This document shows, piece by piece, positions 59,901-64,000 of a stretch of DNA of 64,000 bases. The notes under the pieces were generated by a model. The model did not search any database and was not told where the DNA came from. It saw only the letters and a list, made by a program, of their open reading frames with translations. The position numbers were made by a program, and so were the translations under genes. The stretch's first letter is position 1. Every line of letters starts with the position of its first letter. The DNA comes from an uncultured Methanosarcinales archaeon (lineage in GTDB: Archaea > Nanobdellota > Nanobdellia > Woesearchaeales > JAGVZT01): assembly GCA_964354685.1 (NCBI GenBank), contig CAYHAM010000001.1, positions 110,958 to 174,957 of the forward strand. The letters run 5' to 3'.

Positions 59901-62710
59901 GAGTTTATATTATCAATCTCAACAATATGAGACTTGCGCTCTGTTGCATCTGAAAGCACAAGGTAGTCACCAACCCATATTATACCAGCTGTTGTCCATA
60001 ACTTACCACTTGCGTTTGTGGCGGCCTTACCAAAATTGGTCCAGTTATCCAAGTTACTTGAATACAAAATATCTAAAGTTGTTGTTCCTGCCTCTAATGG
60101 TGCGCTTAACTCTATCTTGTCATCACCGTGTGGTCTAAGGATTATCCCCTCCTCAACCCAGTCATGAGTCATTCCCTCAAACTCAACCTTATACGAGCCT
60201 AGCCTAGGGAATAACAACTCATCCCCAACAGCTGCAAAGAGTTCATCAGCTGGTGCCCACCAAAGCACAATCTTATCTATCTGCACATAATTAGCTCCAG
60301 TGTTTATAAAAAAGTCAGTGTAAAGCCCTTCTATCTCTATTCCATCAATTGTTACATTTGAGTTAAAATAATCTGATGTATTTGCATCTGTTAATACTAT
60401 CCTGTGTCCCCCTCCAATCATCTCCCAGATAATTGAATTACCATTCCTTTCTGCTTTAGTTACAGTATACTTGGTACCCATTATTTCCATAGTTGTGCCC
60501 TCAAAGTTGCATAACTTGTTTGCATAACCACAAATCTCATCTGCATACCAATAGCTCTCTGCTAAGCCAGGGAAAGTAAGAGTATACCACATAAACTTTG
60601 CTTTTGAAGCACCAGTCCCTAATGATTTCGGTCCATAAACCATTAAATAAGGATTGTCTGGGTCTGTATAATCACTATCTCTCAAGAACTGAATACTTGC
60701 ATTCCTTGACACCCCCCATTCTAATTTTTGAGTGTACGCAAAGCTACTACTCCCAAGATATTCCGCAATTAAATATGTTCTGTTTGATAATAATTGTGGT
60801 AAATTACTATCATTTAGCTCTGCCTTGACTGATGCAAATGACTCATTAATTGTTAGCTTATTGCTATCTGTTTCTATTTTAGCACTCTCTCCAGAAAGAT
60901 CGCCACCTGAGAAACCAACAATACTACAATTCTCAAAGGTGTTTACAGAGTTATCTAGCAGGTACAAAGAATCTGTTATTGTAGAATTTATAAACGTGTT
61001 AATTGAGTTATGATAGACTGTAATGTTGCCAAATGAAGTTGTGTTGAAAGTGTTGTTTGTGTTATCATAAATAAACAAATCACCATCTATGGTTGAATTC
61101 TCAAAAGTGTTAACTGAGCTATTTTCAAGGTATAGTACACCAGTTAGTTCAAGCCCTTGTATAAAATTTACAGTTGTATCTTGGAAGTATGATACCCCTC
61201 CTATAGTTAAATTAATTAAGTTACTATTAGAGCTTGCCCCTATGTTTATCCCTTTTTCTATAGTTATATTAGTCATATTATTTGAAGAGGTGCTTCCCCC
61301 TTCAATTGTGACAGACTTGAAGATGGAGTTTGTAATAACATTTGTTGAATTATCATAAAAGTAAAATTCAAAATATGAGATGTTTGAGTTTGTTACGTTG
61401 ATAGCATAAGAGGTAGTTGCTGATTGAATACTATTTGTGATAGATATGTTTGGTATTAGACCATCTATTGTTAAAGAGGCATCATCCTCTGAGTATATCC
61501 TATAATATCCTGTTAAATTACTGTTAATTAATATAACAGACGTATTTTGTCTACTAGTTATTGAGTTTACTGTTGAGTTCTCAAATAACCCTACAGAGTC
61601 ATTTTTGAAGTAAAAAATAGCACTCATAGAATTTGTAAAGGTTATATCAGCACTATCCGTCATATAAACAATACCACTTACACTGATATTTGTCTTATCC
61701 ATAAACAAATTTTGAGTACTATTTACTGTCCAGTCCTCTGTTAATGTTACATTGCTCTCTAATGCATAAAATTCATACAAACTGTTTTGACCATATGTAT
61801 TGTTAGTCAAGGTTAATTCTTGTGAATTAGATACATAAACACCATAAGAAAAGTTCGTAACAGAACAATCTATTAAAGTAATATTCCCATACCCTGTAAC
61901 ATTTATCCCAATCCCTGTCCCATTTCCCGTTATAGAATACCCAGCACAATCTAATGTTATTGAATCATTTAATATTGTAAAACAAGTTCCATTAGAGTTT
62001 ACATCAATAACAAGGGTTGTGTCATTATATATATCTCCGCAGGAGGTTGGTGCAATAATTGTTTTTGTTGCACTTGTGTAATCTGAATAGTACAGACCAT
62101 CAAAGGTCCTGACTGTGCAGTTCCATGTTTCTCCTACAGTGGTGTTATCAGAACCAAGGGTTGTGATTAATGAGTTTGTTCCATTGGAAACACCAGTAGT
62201 ATTCCCAGAAACAACAGGTGTTGGATCAGTTCCATTATACCACCAATACTCAACAGTTAGTGTTGTATTCTTAGCATCAGTTGGAGTTGCATTACAAGTT
62301 AGATTATCTGATGAGTATGCAACTGTCGGGTATATCACTGCCCCAGATATTGAGGGATTGTCATCTGTTGTAAAATTATAGGGTCCAGACTCCTCACAAA
62401 TGCTTTCATTAGTGCAGCTGCTAACATTATAGTAATACAAAGTATTGGGTGTCAAATTTTCTAGATAAACTTGATGGCCTAAGGTAACCTCTGATGAGTT
62501 GTAGGCATAAATACCCAAACTAGTAGAAATGTTGTAGTTGACAGTAGCGTTGCTTAGATTTACAGTGTCCCATGTTATTATAGCAGACTCATTTGTTATG
62601 GAAGAATTTGTTACGTTTTCTATTGTTAGCTGTGCTCTAACTGAAGTGATCACTAGTAAAAGCACAAGCAACAACAACTCTACCAATCTACTCCTCTTTA
62701 TCTTCATCAC
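53987..62710 (-). CDS. Giant (2907 aa) cell-surface glycoprotein: Fn3/Ig-like repeats, beta-helix repeats, S-layer-like insert, PGF-pre-PGF domain, TM anchor
   Basis: Signal peptide; very many N-x-S/T sequons; repeated LTCNATPTDA...ETWNCTVR modules; TLDCAGYSITG beta-helix starts; VYQYL...YEATAPSFSLFAI; C-terminal TM. Confidence 0.85.
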   Translation of the reverse strand: MMKIKRSRLVELLLLVLLLVITSVRAQLTIENVTNSSITNESAIITWDTVNLSNATVNYNISTSLGIYAYNSSEVTLGHQVYLENLTPNTLYYYNVSSCTNESICEESGPYNFTTDDNPSISGAVIYPTVAYSSDNLTCNATPTDAKNTTLTVEYWWYNGTDPTPVVSGNTTGVSNGTNSLITTLGSDNTTVGETWNCTVRTFDGLYYSDYTSATKTIIAPTSCGDIYNDTTLVIDVNSNGTCFTILNDSITLDCAGYSITGNGTGIGINVTGYGNITLIDCSVTNFSYGVYVSNSQELTLTNNTYGQNSLYEFYALESNVTLTEDWTVNSTQNLFMDKTNISVSGIVYMTDSADITFTNSMSAIFYFKNDSVGLFENSTVNSITSRQNTSVILINSNLTGYYRIYSEDDASLTIDGLIPNISITNSIQSATTSYAINVTNSNISYFEFYFYDNSTNVITNSIFKSVTIEGGSTSSNNMTNITIEKGINIGASSNSNLINLTIGGVSYFQDTTVNFIQGLELTGVLYLENSSVNTFENSTIDGDLFIYDNTNNTFNTTSFGNITVYHNSINTFINSTITDSLYLLDNSVNTFENCSIVGFSGGDLSGESAKIETDSNKLTINESFASVKAELNDSNLPQLLSNRTYLIAEYLGSSSFAYTQKLEWGVSRNASIQFLRDSDYTDPDNPYLMVYGPKSLGTGASKAKFMWYTLTFPGLAESYWYADEICGYANKLCNFEGTTMEIMGTKYTVTKAERNGNSIIWEMIGGGHRIVLTDANTSDYFNSNVTIDGIEIEGLYTDFFINTGANYVQIDKIVLWWAPADELFAAVGDELLFPRLGSYKVEFEGMTHDWVEEGIILRPHGDDKIELSAPLEAGTTTLDILYSSNLDNWTNFGKAATNASGKLWTTAGIIWVGDYLVLSDATERKSHIVEIDNINSQNVTRIKDLADGATYQATCTNGCTISVGDVDLVLTSVNYIEPSVVVSASSDASAKIYTKKGLTIDLRSPISNKETHNISIVEEDQNGVLESGTNFTISAGFNSSKSTIKAITPDTAFDVAPGKDTYYEYNDSGEMGYYTTFGTKLIHNKSGSQYSVRITYPTTEAYANVFVNTETPAVSILLDHNSTNTFTDCVFSADLNVRNLSDTTIINSTVPHISMHLYDTNITIDSLSPSSGITRHINTTGAFSVNLTNVDVLNFSLYTETGSSATITDSNFDTLSLGGTGVNSMENTTTGNANFLGTSITTFTNSNVTGNSTFDSYANVTFVGSNSVNQIIGWDVNTVGKNTIRGNITINNDTIATISSTRALSRFYPTYVVNESGLPDINKVITIQNGSTVLWNGTTDANGYIEPNITFTYADYNVIYDIVATTDIYDINLVTDTPLNISTLITAPSISTPTILPLLAYSSSNLTCNATPTDAESSTLTVEYWWYNGSTLMLSGNTTDVANGTNSLITTLGSDNTTAGETWNCTVRAFDGTYYSDYASSTVTIKNGTSSNYTEFNGSSTDFNSVPNIENVSNATIEITDVGKIVWLNTVNASGQDFDLNINISNNLVSINSSGLHTSFNSSANITLFNTGINDPVILKDGLLCGNECTLLPSSGGNITFSVTGFTSYAATEDSNLTIWDSTDAEEGSQTRGINNSVYFFANYTSTNGTIISNSSEYNGSCQIKFNVAGWGSFEDMIFNETRELYQYNRTFLALGTYQFNVTCNSSISLFNISTLDDLSITMVIENITNTSITNESAVIQWDTDTPSNSSVNYNITLGLGIYTYNSSNVTQGHNVPLTGLLPNTLYYYNISSCDNESNCAELGPYSFTTEDKPSISGVVMLPTVAYSSDNLTCNATPTDAKNTTLTVEYWWYNGTDPTPVVSGNTTGVSNGTNSLITTLGSDNTTVGETWNCTVRTFDGLYYSDYTSATKTIIAPTSCGDIYNDTTLVIDVNVNGTCFTILNNSITLDCAGYSITGNETGIGINVTNYSNIKLKNCNVVNFSYGVYLSNSSNVTWVNNTLSSNIDYGLYSNTVNLYSSSNLIMGGTQNFLVDNTNISVLSSDLYIRNNVNFTINRSTINVTNFYFQNNANVSIVDSVVYMIDDSSESDGNAQLTITNSIFSNSLEFDENTTINANNGTFYSILSRANSTTYFNNSDFTVASTYSVFVYEDSTNIFDNSQITRGKFMGNSINRLTNTNFSQEFDFEGGGLNITNLSYVVPGTNRIYSLSNNFEVNITNSDLYYISVYLTSNDSYVTNTNISYLSISGGSVSNNIQTIIVQDATVVSSSANTIQSSNLGDATFRGNSSSSVINCTMDSLVIWVDNGNITLNDIRAGTLNRNISSSTTSYQLNLTNTNVSQLSFTALNSTWTSYGVDITTLKTFHSDITIGNYTNISILNISDGLSTINFTTQSYITNFLDIIEGEDNNSYAIIYGLVNMPSSVSFNSGNLTIKRFYPTYIINQSSLPDVNISITIENSTSVLWNGTTDTNGYIEPNITFTYANYNVTYNIVVNSTDIGDIALLTDTPINETTDLTPPNITDYQPKGTLEDPSVKLEIWTDEAATCRYDTINGTSYDQMNLTLYGEGTYHDHYIGELANGVKTYYVRCRDIHNNTGEQLELSFTVSVWYRSGGGYTPTPSKENPKVMHFWSSILEEGSTIMNIADEEIAFTRMIFSVNTKLYNVEIVVERLLDEPEVIPSHSGTVYQYLQITKDNLKEEDIETVKIRFRIEREWLEQHDINPDNMALYKYTNKWVKLPTKKLNTETNYVHYEATAPSFSLFAISSTAVAQPITPTLQPEQEEMPEDVIVETIEPTIPKESLVGAETLKIILIATIVLVTIIVAGVGFVSYKKMSKSRELTKVEQYLKDFEQPTIELPELERSARRYPELESYIKECLTMEVTMANIRQNLLDVGWQEDVVDEAISKFL
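56913..57208. repeat. Intragenic ~296-bp direct repeat, copy 2 (copy 1 at 62001-62296)
   Basis: Appears nucleotide-identical by eye to 62001-62296 (offset 5088); a diverged third copy is at ~58260-58510. Confidence 0.85.
62001..62296. repeat. Intragenic ~296-bp direct repeat, copy 1
   Basis: Same sequence as 56913-57208. Confidence 0.85.
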
Positions 62711-62858
62711 CCTCTTTTATCTTCTCCATAACCAAGCTTTCAAAGCAGTGGCTCTCATTAGCATACACTTTCTCAGCTATCTTCTTGTAAACCCATTTTA
62801 GAATATCTTCGTCTATGTTCAGCCACACCCTTTTCTTAGCTGGTTTTGGTCTTTTCAT
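62688..62858 (-). CDS. Ribbon-helix-helix (CopG/MetJ-like) DNA-binding protein
   Basis: KKRVWLNIDEDILKWV...YANESHCFESLV pattern; overlaps the start of the giant surface gene. ATG 62858. Confidence 0.65.
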   Translation of the reverse strand: MKRPKPAKKRVWLNIDEDILKWVYKKIAEKVYANESHCFESLVMEKIKEGDEDKEE

Positions 62859-62960
62859 GTGATAATTATCAATTTTTAACAATTTTATATATCATTATTG
62901 ATTTTTAACAACCAATATTTAATTTTTATGATATTTTTAAATTTTTGTGATTTTCATCAC
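62859..62960. promoter_or_regulatory. TGAT-N4-ATCA palindromes, candidate RHH operators
   Basis: TGATAATTATCA at 62860-62871 and GTGATTTTCATCAC at 62947-62960. Confidence 0.45.
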
Positions 62961-63020
62961 TTTTAAACCTTTCGGTTTTTAACCAAAAATATATATAATT
63001 CAAACCCTTAGCCAAGTTTT

Positions 63021-63425
63021 ATGATAAAGGAAATAAGTGTCTCTTCAAGCAAAGAAAACCAGTTACTAGATATTACTTCTCAAGTTGAAGAGGTTGTCAA
63101 GCAATCAAAAATCAAGCAAGGACTTTGCATAGTATATGTGCCCCATGCAACTGCTGCTCTAATGATAAATGAGAACTATGACCCGAATGTATGTGATGAT
63201 ATCCTAGACTCTTTAAGAGAAAACATACCAGAAGGCAAGTGGAAGCATGATAGAGTAGACAACAATGCAGCTGCACATATAAAATCTGCAATAATAGGCC
63301 CAAATGAATTAATCCCAATAAAAGATGGAAAGCTATTGCTTGGAACATGGCAAAGCTTGATGCTTGCAGACTTTGATGGCCCTAAGAGAAGAAGGATTTA
63401 TGTACAGATAATTGAGGATAAGTAA
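63021..63425 (+). CDS. yjbQ: YjbQ (UPF0047) family protein
   Basis: PHATAALMINEN, HD...NAAAHIKS, LLLGTWQ, DFDGPKRR. Confidence 0.92.
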   Translation: MIKEISVSSSKENQLLDITSQVEEVVKQSKIKQGLCIVYVPHATAALMINENYDPNVCDDILDSLRENIPEGKWKHDRVDNNAAAHIKSAIIGPNELIPIKDGKLLLGTWQSLMLADFDGPKRRRIYVQIIEDK

Positions 63426-63427
63426 AA

Positions 63428-63435
63428 TTTATATA
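63428..63435 (+). promoter_or_regulatory. TATA box for the thrS leader transcript
   Basis: TTTATATA ending 25 nt before ATG 63460, the spacing expected for a leaderless archaeal transcript. Confidence 0.55.
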
Positions 63436-63459
63436 TCTCAAACAATTCCCACTCCAAAT

Positions 63460-63531
63460 ATGGTTAGAGCAAATAAAATAAAAAACGTATTTTCTCTAGT
63501 TACAACTCTAACCACTACAACAACAGCTTAG
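63460..63531 (+). CDS. Thr-rich leader peptide (candidate attenuator) of thrS
   Basis: MVRANKIKNVFSLVTTLTTTTTA-stop: 7 Thr in the last 9 sense codons, directly upstream of threonyl-tRNA synthetase. Confidence 0.75.
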   Translation: MVRANKIKNVFSLVTTLTTTTTA

Positions 63532-63550
63532 GCTGTTCATTGTTTCTTTT
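63517..63550 (+). terminator. Hairpin plus U-tract at the end of the thrS leader
   Basis: AACAGC-TTAG-GCTGTT stem-loop (63522-63537, extendable via ACAA/TTGT) followed by TTTCTTTT. Confidence 0.5.
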
Positions 63551-63619
63551 AAAACTTAAGGAGGTTTTAAAGATATATTTAAATAAAAGCTAGATAAAAA
63601 TCAAACAAAGGTGAGAAAA

Positions 63620-64000
63620 ATGGAAATCGAATTAAGATTCAAAGATGGTTCAAAAAAGAAAGTTGAGAAAGGTGCAAAGCTAGCAGAAATTGCACCAAAG
63701 CAGGCAATAGCTGCTAGACTAGATGATAAATTAGTTGACTTAAGCAGAGCTGTTGACAAAAATGCACAAGTTGAATTCATAAGCGTAGATTCCAAAGAAG
63801 GAATAGAAGTTTTACGCCATTCTGCTGCCCATGTTCTAGCACAAGCTGTTGTTAGCCTATTCCCAAAAGCATTGCCAACAATAGGCCCAGTTGTTGAAGA
63901 AGGATTTTACTATGATTTTGAACACGAGCCATTCATTCCTGAGGATCTGAAAAAAATAGAAAAAGAAATGCAAAGGATAGTTGCTAGAAACGAAAAATTT
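63620..64000 (+). CDS. thrS: Threonyl-tRNA synthetase, bacterial-type N-terminus (3' end outside window)
   Basis: GGTGA RBS; MEIELRFKDGS...TGS domain; LRHSAAHVLAQAV...TIGPVVEEGFYYDF...DLKKIEKEM. Confidence 0.93.
   Translation, partial: MEIELRFKDGSKKKVEKGAKLAEIAPKQAIAARLDDKLVDLSRAVDKNAQVEFISVDSKEGIEVLRHSAAHVLAQAVVSLFPKALPTIGPVVEEGFYYDFEHEPFIPEDLKKIEKEMQRIVARNEKF

Noticed and set aside
1-64000. tRNA or rRNA genes
   Set aside because: No GC-rich cloverleaf or rRNA-like stretch was recognised in the intergenic regions by eye; tRNAscan-SE and Infernal would be needed to exclude them formally.

Overview
AT-rich archaeal chromosomal segment, most likely from a DPANN Woesearchaeota-like organism (inferred from GGTGA/GGAGG ribosome-binding sites, BRE-TATA promoters, gatDE, archease/RtcB, Rpp21, Cdc6, PINA ATPase and a class III signal-peptide pilin). 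Most of it is housekeeping: Mre11, class II LysRS, pyrE/pyrF/pyrH, gatD/gatE, glmS/M/U, TrmI, transporters and a 2907-aa surface protein. Two things stand out. (1) An operon of three tandem, catalytically intact class II (B12-dependent) ribonucleotide reductase paralogs. Their substrate-specificity loop 2 sequences differ at the base-reading position (E/Q/H) and only one carries the C-terminal CxxC. They are followed by a Cys-insert cobalamin adenosyltransferase and an Fe-S/ferredoxin/dCMP-deaminase cluster, suggesting a division-of-labour or heteromeric RNR system. (2) An unannotated Thr-rich leader peptide (MVRANKIKNVFSLVTTLTTTTTA) with hairpins and a U-tract upstream of threonyl-tRNA synthetase, i.e. 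a candidate ribosome-mediated attenuator in an archaeon. Also seen: a dispersed family of hairpin arrays, a twice-occurring ~45-bp stem-loop element, an IS200/IS605-like miniature remnant, a GatE lacking its insertion domain, an APC permease-methyltransferase fusion and two unannotated micro-ORFs. No rRNA, tRNA or CRISPR array was recognised by eye. All family assignments are from motif recognition, not database searches.
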